A stretch of 30,325 nt of DNA from Chlamydiota bacterium (GCA_038534095.1 JBCAXK010000016.1:1-30325); one strand, 5' to 3'. Counted from the stretch's first letter, positions 8,617 through 17,766 are shown. The notes: a model not told the origin generated them from the letters alone. Numbers and translations: made by a program.

Positions 8617-8797
8617 ATCATCCAGAGTATCTATTTCTTTTGTAAGAGACCCCACGTACCGTTTAAGAAAAGCGCTCGATAAATTTGTTTCCAAACAGCC
8701 GATTTTTGATGCTGTTCTTCTAAAGGTCGCTTTATAAAAAGTTTCTTGCTCTTTCTGGCCTTATAGAGAAGATTCTATGAAAGAGCCTGTCAAAAGG

Positions 8798-9817
8798 TTA
8801 CCGAAATAGACCTAAAATCTCGACAAACCTTTGAAAACCTTGGTCTTTTTTCTCAAACCGTTCATGAGATTTTTTTGTAGATCTCTCTTCAATCAACCGT
8901 TCAATTTTTTCTTGTAAATCCTCTTGATCCAAACGGCGGTAATACTCACTAACGATCGCCATGAGCTCAACAAAATCTTCTTCGGTCCGTAGAAGAAGGG
9001 CATTTTTTTCTACAAGATAAATGAATGAATGACGGTCTCCTGTTTCAATCATGTAATGGAGCATTTCAAACTGCAAGTCCACATCTTCTTCATCGGTGAC
9101 TTCTTTGATCAAGGATCTTAGAAGCTCATGGGCTTCTACCGGATCTTTTTCGTGGATGATTTGGAGAAGGAGAAAATCAAACCAGCGCCGATCGTGCATG
9201 TAGTAATAAAAACTTTCTACAAGCTCTTCTGCGTAGACAAAAGATCGAGAGGCCATTAAATCGGTGATGTATTCATAGAGAAAATGGTCTAAATCATGCG
9301 CCATATGTCGATCGAAATGCTCGCGCATTTCTTTTTTACCTTCCCCTTGATCGATCTGCTCCTGAAAAAGCTTTTCCAAGATGGCAAGAGATTTTTGTAA
9401 CGCCTCATCTTTGCGTAAGGTTCCTTGGTTATAGAGAAAAATTTGCCGATCGAGCTCATCGCAAAAGATGGAGAAGGTTTTTCTTTCGGGCAATAGTCTC
9501 CGCCAAAGCTCAAAAATCACTAAGTAGAGCTTTTCAAAAGGGGGAGGGGTTTTTGCTACGTCGATGAGAAGCTCTGTAGCCTCTTGGGGGGTCTCGACCA
9601 TGGAAGCGAGTTGAAAAAACTCGGCCTGTTCAAGAGGCGCTCCTAAAGACTCTAAACGAAAAAAGAGTTCTGTTTCTTCTAATTGACGAAAGTCTTCGAT
9701 CGCAGCAGGGGGAAAAAGAGCTTTTGTATAGGACTCTGCCCCCAGGTCTCTTTGATCACAAGAGTAAAAAAGAAATAAATTGTGGGTAGCTTTCGGTTTC
9801 AAAGGCATACTTTCCAT
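8798..9817 (-). CDS. Acidic alpha-helical hypothetical protein (probably a conserved Chlamydiota family)
   Basis: 339-aa ORF, very D/E-rich and helical. The segment LYLVIFELWRRLLPE...SIFCDELD looks like a conserved core. No catalytic motif recognised. Confidence 0.85.
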   Translation of the reverse strand: MESMPLKPKATHNLFLFYSCDQRDLGAESYTKALFPPAAIEDFRQLEETELFFRLESLGAPLEQAEFFQLASMVETPQEATELLIDVAKTPPPFEKLYLVIFELWRRLLPERKTFSIFCDELDRQIFLYNQGTLRKDEALQKSLAILEKLFQEQIDQGEGKKEMREHFDRHMAHDLDHFLYEYITDLMASRSFVYAEELVESFYYYMHDRRWFDFLLLQIIHEKDPVEAHELLRSLIKEVTDEEDVDLQFEMLHYMIETGDRHSFIYLVEKNALLLRTEEDFVELMAIVSEYYRRLDQEDLQEKIERLIEERSTKKSHERFEKKDQGFQRFVEILGLFR

Positions 9818-9915
9818 TTTTTCACTATAGCTTTCGCTCGATTATCTCGTCAAAATGTTCTCAATATTTCCAGGCATCTATCGATAAATTGAAAGAGATT
9901 TTGTATCCTAGTTGC

Positions 9916-10347
9916 ATGAAAATACAAAAGCGTTCCTTTGTTTTATTGGAAGTCTTCATTGGACTAACACTACTCACCTTTTTCTCAGGGTTTTTGCTGC
10001 GTATCCCCTTAGAAACCTATAGAAAAGATCTTGAGGTGATGGAGTCTTTGGAGCGAGACCGCCTCTTTGCGCTCGCTTTTTCTGAAATCAATACACAATG
10101 TATTTTACAGAAAATTCCTTGGAAGACACAAGAAGAGCCCTACTTTCTAGAAGACGATTTTCTACGAATACCAGAGCAAAAACCGCGCCGAATCTCCCGA
10201 TCATTTACAATCAAACAAGGGAAAATGATCAACACAGATAAAAGTTATTATCAAAAACTTGCTGTGGAAATTTTCTTGGGAGGTGACTCTCCTGAAAAAT
10301 CTTCGCTCTACTACATTTTGCGAGAGAGCCCTAAGAATCCTTCGTAA
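9916..10347 (+). CDS. Prepilin-type (class III signal peptide) minor pseudopilin-like protein
   Basis: From ATG 9916: MKIQKRS|FVLLEVFIGLTLL, a basic leader with F+1, E+5 and a hydrophobic helix. The ORF track starts at TTG 9889. Confidence 0.75.
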   Translation: MKIQKRSFVLLEVFIGLTLLTFFSGFLLRIPLETYRKDLEVMESLERDRLFALAFSEINTQCILQKIPWKTQEEPYFLEDDFLRIPEQKPRRISRSFTIKQGKMINTDKSYYQKLAVEIFLGGDSPEKSSLYYILRESPKNPS

Positions 10348-10398
10348 AGTGCTGTTGATTTAAAAGGCTCTTTTTTAGGATGAAGAATTGAGGTGTTT

Positions 10399-12243
10399 AT
10401 GCAATCTGATTCTTCCCATTCTCATCAAGAAAGAGAAAGTTCACTAAGAGCCATGATGATTGGTTGCTTTTTGAGTATTTTATTCGCAATCTCTAATGCC
10501 TACTTAGCATTAAAAATTGGGACTACGATTTCCGCGTCTATTCCGGCAGCGATTTTATCCATGGCGATCTTCCGGATTTTCTTCCGAAGCGGCTCTCTTT
10601 TAGAAAAAAACATCATTCAAACGATCGCTACTGTGGGTGAGGGTCTTGCTGGAGGGATTATCTTTACGATTCCTGCGCTCTTTTTCTTAGGTTCGCCCCC
10701 GTCGATTCTAAGCATCATTCTTCTAGCATTTTTAGGAGGGGTGTTGGGAGTGCTTTTTATGATCCCGATGCGTAGATTCATCATTGTAGAAGAACATGGC
10801 AAGCTTCCCTTTCCAGAGGGAACTGCGTGCGCAGAAATTTTACAAGCAGGGGAAGAAAAAGCGGGTTCAGCCATCTCCGCCGCTTGGGGATTTTTGGTGG
10901 CCAGCGTCTACAAAGTTCTTTCTGGGATTTTGCATCTGTGGCAAGAATTAGTACGGATCCCCTTCCCCTTTCTTCAAACGGAAATTGCTGTAGATACGAC
11001 GCCTGCGCTTTTGGCAGTAGGCTACATCATCGGTTACCGAGTCTCTTCGATCCTATTTGCAGGGAGCCTGCTTGCCTGGTTTGTCTTCATCCCCTTGATT
11101 GAGCTATTTGGACAGGGGAATGTTGCGATTTTCCCCAGCAACACGCCTATTGAAACGATGAGCGCGATGGGGATTTGGGACGAATATGTTCGCTATATTG
11201 GAGCGGGAATGATTGCTTTTGGAGGGCTGACAAGTCTCGTAAAAATTAGCCCTATGCTGTTCAAAACATTACGGGAAGGGACCAAAGAACTTTTGCAAGG
11301 GTTTTCGTTTCACAAAACAAAAGACCGTACAGAAAAAGACCTTCCTTTCTTAGGACTTGCTCTCGGATCGGTGATTATTGTAGCGCTTTTATGGCTACTT
11401 CCGTTTTTTTCCTTCAATTTTTTTACGATTTGTCTCCTTGTGGTTTTAGGCTTTTTCTTTTCTGCGGTCACCTCCCTTACGGTAGGGATTATAGGGAGCA
11501 CCTCAAATCCTGTATCTGGAATGGTCATCACAACACTTTTGATTACCTGCTTATCCTTTGTGTTTTTGGGTTGGACAGAGCGGGTTTACCTCATTTCTGC
11601 CATCACCATGAGCGCTGTAGCAAATGTGACGATCTGCATGGCAGCTACCACTTCTCAAGATCTTAAAACGGGTTTTCTTCTCAAAGCCACTCCCTACAAA
11701 CAGCAGCTTGTAGAAATTGTGGGCACCATTCTTCCTGCTATTGCGCTTGGCTTTTGCGTCTATTTGCTCAATGAAGCCTACACACTAGGGTCGTCTGCAA
11801 TGCCAGCTCCCCAGGCAAGCATGATGGCCATGATTGCAAGTGGGGTGATCAATGGACAGCTCCCCTACACTTTGTTTGGCATCGGTATCGCGCTTGGTTT
11901 GGTGTTAGAATGCCTGCGCGTTCCCACCCTCCCTTTTGCTTTAGGGGTCTATCTCCCCTTATCTCTAACAACAGCTACCATGGCTGGAGGGCTCATGGCC
12001 TATTTGCTGAAGCTATTTCCAGGAAAAAAGCAGATCGAAAAGCAGGGCGTTCTCCTAGCTTCAGGCATTGTGGGAGGCGACGCTTCTATGGGCGTTTTGA
12101 TCGCTATTTTAGCGGTCTTAGGAAGTCTTTCCACAGAAGATTTAGGGATACTGCCTCCCTACTTCTCGCTCATTGCGTACGCCTTTCTTGCTGTTTTTTT
12201 TATCCTATACACCTATCATAAAGGGAAAAAATCTCTTATGTAG
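10399..12243 (+). CDS. OPT-family (YSL-like) oligopeptide/metal-chelate transporter
   Basis: Polytopic membrane protein with OPT motifs NAYLALKIG.TISASIPAA, EKNIIQT.A..GE, LPFPEGTACAE, SNPVSG, SQDLKTGFL..ATP.KQQ and APQA..MA. GAGG precedes ATG 10399 (alternative GTG 10393). Confidence 0.95.
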   Translation: MQSDSSHSHQERESSLRAMMIGCFLSILFAISNAYLALKIGTTISASIPAAILSMAIFRIFFRSGSLLEKNIIQTIATVGEGLAGGIIFTIPALFFLGSPPSILSIILLAFLGGVLGVLFMIPMRRFIIVEEHGKLPFPEGTACAEILQAGEEKAGSAISAAWGFLVASVYKVLSGILHLWQELVRIPFPFLQTEIAVDTTPALLAVGYIIGYRVSSILFAGSLLAWFVFIPLIELFGQGNVAIFPSNTPIETMSAMGIWDEYVRYIGAGMIAFGGLTSLVKISPMLFKTLREGTKELLQGFSFHKTKDRTEKDLPFLGLALGSVIIVALLWLLPFFSFNFFTICLLVVLGFFFSAVTSLTVGIIGSTSNPVSGMVITTLLITCLSFVFLGWTERVYLISAITMSAVANVTICMAATTSQDLKTGFLLKATPYKQQLVEIVGTILPAIALGFCVYLLNEAYTLGSSAMPAPQASMMAMIASGVINGQLPYTLFGIGIALGLVLECLRVPTLPFALGVYLPLSLTTATMAGGLMAYLLKLFPGKKQIEKQGVLLASGIVGGDASMGVLIAILAVLGSLSTEDLGILPPYFSLIAYAFLAVFFILYTYHKGKKSLM

Positions 12244-12248
12244 GCATC

Positions 12249-12857
12249 ATGCGCATCCGGAAAAAACCGTTTCTTCTTTTAGAAATGTGTCTTGCCCTAG
12301 GGCTATCTGCCCTGATCCTCACCACCCTGTTTTCTGGTTATGTCACATTTTGCCAGGTGGATGCTCGGTTAAAAAAGATGAAAGAGAGCATGTTAGAACG
12401 GGGGGCTTTTGCGGCCTATTTCCAAAAAGTGTTCGAAACAATTCCTGAAGCAACCGAACAGGCAAACCTGCCAAAACAGTTTTATACGAGACTAGAAAAA
12501 GACAATGAACAGATCTTTTTTATCTTCGATGCAGGAGCTAACCCCTCTCCCCTATTTAGCGGACCCCTTTATGGATCGTTACTTGTGGATGAAACCGGCG
12601 CTCTTTCTTTGCTCATGTGGCCTTTAGAAAAAAGTCATCAGCTTGTTCGAAAAGTCCCTTTAATTGGGGGGGTAAAAGAGCTCCGCTTTACCTGTTTTAC
12701 CGAAGATTCTAAGGAAATGGCCTGGAAAAATCTCCCCGAAAATGGCGAGATTCCCTCTATGCTCAAAATCTCTTTTCTTAAAAATGGAGAGCCCTTATCG
12801 TTTGCTTTCTTTCTTCCTAAAGAGCATCTGGTCGTTCCCGCAGGTAAGGCATTATGA
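12249..12857 (+). CDS. Minor pseudopilin-like protein (GspJ-like)
   Basis: MRIRKKP|FLLLEMCLALGLSALILTTLF with F+1, E+5 and a TM helix. Beta-rich C-terminus ending IPSMLKISF...FAFFLP, as expected for GspJ-type folds. Starts 5 nt after the OPT stop. Confidence 0.75.
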   Translation: MRIRKKPFLLLEMCLALGLSALILTTLFSGYVTFCQVDARLKKMKESMLERGAFAAYFQKVFETIPEATEQANLPKQFYTRLEKDNEQIFFIFDAGANPSPLFSGPLYGSLLVDETGALSLLMWPLEKSHQLVRKVPLIGGVKELRFTCFTEDSKEMAWKNLPENGEIPSMLKISFLKNGEPLSFAFFLPKEHLVVPAGKAL

Positions 12858-13630
12858 ATATTCTTGGTCTCATCTCCATGTTTTTGCTCCTGTTTGCCTT
12901 CATTTCTGCAAGGTTCTCTTCCCACTCTAGAGCCTTTCAAAGGCAAGCCTGCGAGCAGCTTAGGCAACGCACCTTGCAACAAGAGCGCTACAACTACCTC
13001 CGCACCAGTAAGCATAAAGGTCTTAACTTTCTTTCGATAGAATCCGATAAGAAAAATTCACCTCCTGAACAAGAAGAAAGACCTGCATATAAAAAGGGTC
13101 CTTATCCCGATTCTGCGAAGTGCAACCTTGCTGTAGTGCTTCAAGGAAACGCTGCCATGGAGGAAGTTTTCCTAAACCTTTTGGACCTTCTTTACCAGCA
13201 TCCACAAAGACAATCTTTCAAGGACTTTAACGCAAAGATCTTTACAAACGATCTTCTTGCGTTGATCAAGAAAGAACAAGAGAGTAAGCGTCCTGTTTTT
13301 TTAGAAAAACTTGTCTGGGAGGATGAAGACCAGCAAAAACAGTACTATTTTTTTCTCCACAGCATAGCAAATACCCCTTCATTACTCGATCTTTGTCGAT
13401 TCAACGTCCAAAAGAAAAAGATCGACGTTCCTTCTGCAAGCAAAGAAATGCTCATCGCTCTTTTTGGCTCCTCGATTGCAGAAAAACTTCTACAAAAGCA
13501 AAAAAATCCTAAACACAAGCTGGAGGTAAGAAAGGATGCGCTGAGGGAGCTACTTAGAAAGGAGGGGCTAACCCTTTCTCCTCAGTTTTGGTCAATTCTA
13601 CGCCTTTCCCCTATCCAACAAACAGAGTAG
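12854..13630 (+). CDS. Membrane-anchored protein, GspK-like by position and motifs
   Basis: ATGA overlap with the previous gene and an N-terminal TM. AKCNL resembles the GspK 'xKiNLN' motif. KIDVPSASKEMLIALFG..IAEKL resembles the 'kINvNtAs.evL.al' HhH-like motif. Confidence 0.65.
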   Translation: MNILGLISMFLLLFAFISARFSSHSRAFQRQACEQLRQRTLQQERYNYLRTSKHKGLNFLSIESDKKNSPPEQEERPAYKKGPYPDSAKCNLAVVLQGNAAMEEVFLNLLDLLYQHPQRQSFKDFNAKIFTNDLLALIKKEQESKRPVFLEKLVWEDEDQQKQYYFFLHSIANTPSLLDLCRFNVQKKKIDVPSASKEMLIALFGSSIAEKLLQKQKNPKHKLEVRKDALRELLRKEGLTLSPQFWSILRLSPIQQTE

Positions 13631-13832
13631 ATGATGATCCCCATCTTTTCTCAGGGTTACCTGCGCAAAAGTAAGCCGCTCCCTTTATATAAAAAGGAAT
13701 AAAAGGGTAAATCTTGGCTCTTAACCCTGCAAATAAAAGAGCGTATCTTGTGATACGCGCCGCTTAAGGCCGAGCAGATTCGGGAAAAGCCTCTTAGCGC
13801 GCAAGACTGTAGCGCGCCTAAATCGGGAAGAT

Positions 13833-15083
13833 TTAGGGTAGTTTAGAGATGCGACGCACTTCTGATGCCGCTTTACCAAGGGTATACGCATAAAACAGGG
13901 CGTAACAAAGGCTAAGGATCGTCGAATCGAGCGATTGGACGTGCTCTTTCTCCATGAAAAAGCTCCCATGACAATCATCTAAAAAACGGAAAAGGGCGTA
14001 AGTGCAAAAAAAGGCGGGGACTTTTCGGCTCATGGGTAACTTGCTTATCCCCCTAATCGACAGAGCGCGGTAGAAACCATCCAATAAATGCACGGGATAA
14101 CGATCTTCAAACATCGTTTCGATCTTGTTAGGCTTTGAAGAAAAAATCGTCTGAAAACAGTGCAACGCAAAACCGATTTTTGCGACCTGCAAAATCGGCT
14201 CATCACTGTAGAAAAACTCGCTCAAATAGACTTCATACCAAGGAGCTATTTCGGGCGCGTTCCCTCTCTTCCCTTTTATGATCGAACATTTTTTCCTACT
14301 TAGCTTTAAGGGATCAGGTAAATCGTTTGATGAAGCCACCTTCTGATAAGGGGGGCGCTGTGGGCGCTTGGAAAATGGCTCTGGTCCCATGGATAGGTCT
14401 TTTTCTTGTATTATCTTTCGGCTCTTCTTGCGAGCAAACACCTCGGAAGAACTCTTCCTCTTGTTTGTAGTACGCTCTAATCCTCCCCTTGGTAGAGAAT
14501 CTAGTTTTGCGATAGATTGTCTCGTAGAAGTCTTCTTAGAGAAATTGGTCTCTTTCAGAAGAGAAGATGAGGGAAAAGCGCTATTTACTTTCTCAGCCTG
14601 TTCAAGAGAGCCTACATCTTTGTCGTGTTTCATAAAACCTACAAGAGGATTTTTCCCACATCGATGTTGCTCAACTACCTTGTCTTTAGAAGCAGGCTGA
14701 TGTGCCCTCGCTTCTGGAGAATGTACCTCCAGAAAAGCATTTTCTCTCCTCGGCTCTTCCTGAAGATCTTGCGCAGGCCGTTTAGGGCTCGCCGGTTCTT
14801 GACTGTCTTGATCCTTACTAGAAAGAAAACACCCCTCTATACAAAAAATCACCCAACCTAAAACAGGCACGTAAAGGCAGATACTTCGGATTGGGTTCAG
14901 TATTCCCCAAGAAAATGCGGACAGGCGAGCTTTTGTGGCAAACGATCTTGGACAAATGATCGAACGAAACAGAACGCAAAGTATGCCCGCGCTATAACAA
15001 CCGCTTTTTTGCGTACTCGAAAATCTGCTTTTCAATAAGGGATGTTCTTCAGGGATGTCTCTGCTTATTCCAATAGGTCTCAT
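13833..15083 (-). CDS. Orphan protein with basic disordered middle and NLS-like motif (candidate effector)
   Basis: 416-aa ORF. Hydrophobic IRSICLYVPVLGWVIF near the N-terminus, an S/K/R/P-rich centre with KRKSSSEVFARKKSRK, and a helical C-terminal domain. Very AT-rich upstream region. Confidence 0.75.
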   Translation of the reverse strand: MRPIGISRDIPEEHPLLKSRFSSTQKSGCYSAGILCVLFRSIICPRSFATKARLSAFSWGILNPIRSICLYVPVLGWVIFCIEGCFLSSKDQDSQEPASPKRPAQDLQEEPRRENAFLEVHSPEARAHQPASKDKVVEQHRCGKNPLVGFMKHDKDVGSLEQAEKVNSAFPSSSLLKETNFSKKTSTRQSIAKLDSLPRGGLERTTNKRKSSSEVFARKKSRKIIQEKDLSMGPEPFSKRPQRPPYQKVASSNDLPDPLKLSRKKCSIIKGKRGNAPEIAPWYEVYLSEFFYSDEPILQVAKIGFALHCFQTIFSSKPNKIETMFEDRYPVHLLDGFYRALSIRGISKLPMSRKVPAFFCTYALFRFLDDCHGSFFMEKEHVQSLDSTILSLCYALFYAYTLGKAASEVRRISKLP

Positions 15084-15249
15084 AGTTTGTATCTTGTATT
15101 TAAAACTTGTAAAAATAAAAGTTTATTTAAATAAGTTTAATGTAATAATTATAAAACTTAATAAAACAAAACTATTTTATAATATATTTTCATAAAAATC
15201 TGTGAAAATTTTTGATTACATACTGTAATTTTTTATTAAAAAAGAATTA

Positions 15250-15523
15250 CAAGCTCTAACAATGAATACTAAGCGCCCTATTTTTGATAAATAATTTTTT
15301 AAAGAAGGGGGTGAAGATGCATCTCAGGCAAACACTGGATTCATTCCGGAAAACATGGCCTTTTTTAAGAGGCTCGGAATAAGTGTCATCAAAACAGTTG
15401 ATCCAAGGCGGGGCTTCGCTAATACCGGTAGGTTATGGACTTATGAGCCAAACTACTTGAGGAGCATCTTAGGCAAGATGTTTGCAGCGTGACGCATCAA
15501 ATCTTTCTTGTTAGAGCGCCCTG
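15250..15523 (+). mobile_element. Internally deleted miniature ISAs1-family element (transposase C-terminus plus both ends)
   Basis: 15313-15492 translates EDASQANTGFIPENMAFFKRLGISVIKTVDPRRG..., the ISAs1 'ED....G..aeN.a..RR' C-terminus. Right end ttgttagagcgccctg (to 15523). gctctaacaa at 15253-15262 is the inverted copy of ttgttagagc. Confidence 0.7.
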
Positions 15524-15656
15524 CAATATGTGTGATTTAGTTTTAATAAATTTTATTTAAAAAGATAATATTACAAGAATTTTCAATATTTTTTTCAGAA
15601 TAACTCATAATTTTTGGCTCTTGACTAGGTGTTTGGTCCCAGAGTGTGGGTACCGT

Positions 15657-15692
15657 CGTAAGGGAGCTTGCATAACAGCTCCCTTACGTTTT
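15657..15692 (+). terminator. Intrinsic terminator-like hairpin
   Basis: Perfect 12-bp stem cgtaagggagct (15657-15668) / agctcccttacg (15677-15688), followed by ttttattgttt on the + strand. Confidence 0.7.
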
Positions 15693-15735
15693 ATTGTTTG
15701 CCAATGTTCACTTCCCCAGAAGCTCTTTGAGCGAT

Positions 15736-16440
15736 TTAGGTGAAATTTTTAATATCGCCTAAATCTTGCTTTTTTTTCGCTTTTTCGGACTTGAATCGTT
15801 GGCAAGCCTTGTCCCCAATCTTGGATAGGTTGATTCGTCGCATAGCAGCTGCCAACATCTGTTTTACTGCCGCTACCTCTTTTTCTTGCTTTGCTTGTTC
15901 TCCTGCTTTACCGTCCGAAGAGGATTTTTCAAGGGTTTTCTTGAATTTATTAAATAAAGCACTTAATGAAGCAGTATGTTTATTTACCTCTTGAAATTTT
16001 TGATCTAATTTATGAAATTTTGCACTCAAAATTTCCTTCGAACGATCAAGTGTAAAATAGTCAGAAATCGCAGCAGCATAAGTATCAATAGTTTTAAGAG
16101 TTGTTTTTAGAGCCTCTTTTTGATCAAAAACTAACGGAGATTGATCTATGCTTTGTAAAATCGATTTTTTTAAATGAACAATCTTTATGGGAGTCTTATC
16201 AAGAAGAGAGTAAGCATCTTTGCTTTGAGAAACGATTTTCTCCGTTTCCTTAGAACGTTCATTACACGGGTCTAATTGCGAAGAATGCTTTTTTATAAGA
16301 TTCAGAGCATCAGATATAATTGTCTGCAAATCACTAATTTGTTGCTCTATTTTCTGTAAAAGTTTTGCTTCACTACTTTCTACTTGAACAGTAGTTTTTT
16401 CCTCAGGCGTTCTTCTTCCTGCTAAAGATAAAACATTCAT
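15736..16440 (-). CDS. Orphan coiled-coil protein (candidate effector)
   Basis: 234-aa ORF with GAGGA RBS, K/E/Q/S-rich heptads, no TM segment and low GC. Confidence 0.8.
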   Translation of the reverse strand: MNVLSLAGRRTPEEKTTVQVESSEAKLLQKIEQQISDLQTIISDALNLIKKHSSQLDPCNERSKETEKIVSQSKDAYSLLDKTPIKIVHLKKSILQSIDQSPLVFDQKEALKTTLKTIDTYAAAISDYFTLDRSKEILSAKFHKLDQKFQEVNKHTASLSALFNKFKKTLEKSSSDGKAGEQAKQEKEVAAVKQMLAAAMRRINLSKIGDKACQRFKSEKAKKKQDLGDIKNFT

Positions 16441-16520
16441 ATAAATCCTCAGTAAAAATTATTAAAATCAAAATTTTTCATTATCTCGATATTTTTTTCA
16501 ACGGCAAAACAAACTCATTA

Positions 16521-17318
16521 CAGAAATGAAGCATCAAATTTTTCATTGATTTTGTTATCCTTCTTGGGAAGCTCTAACGAGGATAAATGAAGTTGAGTCA
16601 ATTAGAGCGAGCAATACCTATCGATCAATTCTCAATGATCGAGGATCTAAGAATAGAGAAATCTAAAAAATACCCTCTTGTAAGCATCTTGGTTTTTTTT
16701 TGTTTCAATTCTTGCAGGACAAGAATCCTGGTATCAGATGCAAACGTTTTGTGAAGAAATCCTAGAATGGTTTTCAGAGTTTATCGATGTTTCCTCTGGA
16801 ATCCCTAGCCACGATACTTCTGGGCGCGTGTTTTCTCTCATCAATCCTGAAGACTTTGCATCTTGTATTATTCGATGGCTTGAAAAACTGCGAAAGAAAC
16901 ATGGTCATCATCAAAGAGTGATCGCTTTAGGCTCTTTGATGGGGTTCCCTCTCTCGGGCGTAAAGTGGGCTTTTCTTCTTGTGAGGCAGCGCGTTGCCCT
17001 ATACATTTCCATTCGCAAAGCAACAGCTCGAAATTTTGCAAAATGGATTCGATAGCGCTGATGTATCGAAAATCTTGGCCACTGGTCTCTTGGTGTGATT
17101 TTTGATGAAGATCCCTCTTTAGCCAGCAAGGAGCATAGCGAAGAGAATTTAGCACTGTTTCGCAGGCCTTCCAACGAACATCGCTGCTGCGACCGATCCA
17201 AAAAGAGGATTAGCTTCCGTACGCAGGGCTGCCATGTTCGGAACTGATTATGTTGGGGAAATTTTATCGATGACTTTCTGGAAAAAAATTATCAAAAATT
17301 TTTAGTTAAAACGCCCTA
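16521..17318 (+). mobile_element. Decayed ISAs1-family insertion sequence
   Basis: The first ~210 nt align with 30109-30320 (roughly 85-90% identical by eye). The right end tagttaaaacgcccta matches the 15508-15523 end at 12/16 positions. At about 800 bp it is shorter than a full ISAs1. Confidence 0.9.
16587..17305 (+). pseudogene. ISAs1 transposase pseudogene
   Basis: D.R....KYPL..IL, GIPSHDT.GRVF, RVIAL(DGK lost), YIS....A..FA..IR, IEN..HW.LgV.FDED. A 2-nt deletion in the T-run near 16693-16701, stops at 17053 and 17059, a further frameshift near 17170, and a central deletion. Confidence 0.9.
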
Positions 17319-17346
17319 TTTACTCAAATACCTATCGGCAAAGGTC

Positions 17347-17766
17347 CTATTCCATCTCCTTAGCCGTTAAAATACGTAAATTGTACATGGAATTCAGGTA
17401 GTATGTTATGCAGGCAGCATAAACGAAGAAAACGCTCGTTATACCCAAACCCCACAAATGCTCTTGGTTTGTCATTGAATCGCTCTGATACTGAGTAGGC
17501 TCAGGGCCTGAGCACTGGAAGCCTGTAGTAGATTGATTAAGGACAGTCACCCTCTGGATAAAATTGGAGGCAAGACCGGTATAAGTCATGACCCAAAGCC
17601 CTAAGCAGAGAAAAGAATCCGTTTGCTTTTTTTGATAAAGACAAATTATACGGTCCAGCTCTTCTTGCACAGATTTTTCCGAACAACCTTTTAGATTCGA
17701 CGGGTCGAACGAAGGTGCCCGGGAAGCTTGAATGGTCTGGCGGGCTCTTTGAACTAACGCTTGCAT
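17347..17766 (-). CDS. Orphan protein with two hydrophobic segments
   Basis: 139-aa ORF with AAGGAG RBS. Hydrophobic FLCLGLWVMTYTGLA and LWGLGITSVFFVYAACITYYL. Confidence 0.7.
   Translation of the reverse strand: MQALVQRARQTIQASRAPSFDPSNLKGCSEKSVQEELDRIICLYQKKQTDSFLCLGLWVMTYTGLASNFIQRVTVLNQSTTGFQCSGPEPTQYQSDSMTNQEHLWGLGITSVFFVYAACITYYLNSMYNLRILTAKEME

Noticed and set aside
15486..15508. gacgcatcaaa resembling the IS left end at 30116
   Set aside because: Better explained as the 3' end of the transposase fragment, since it aligns with 17291-17318.
16738..17201. ORFs 16738..17055, 16868..17155 and 16911..17201 as genes
   Set aside because: The first is a piece of the transposase pseudogene and the others are its antisense shadows.
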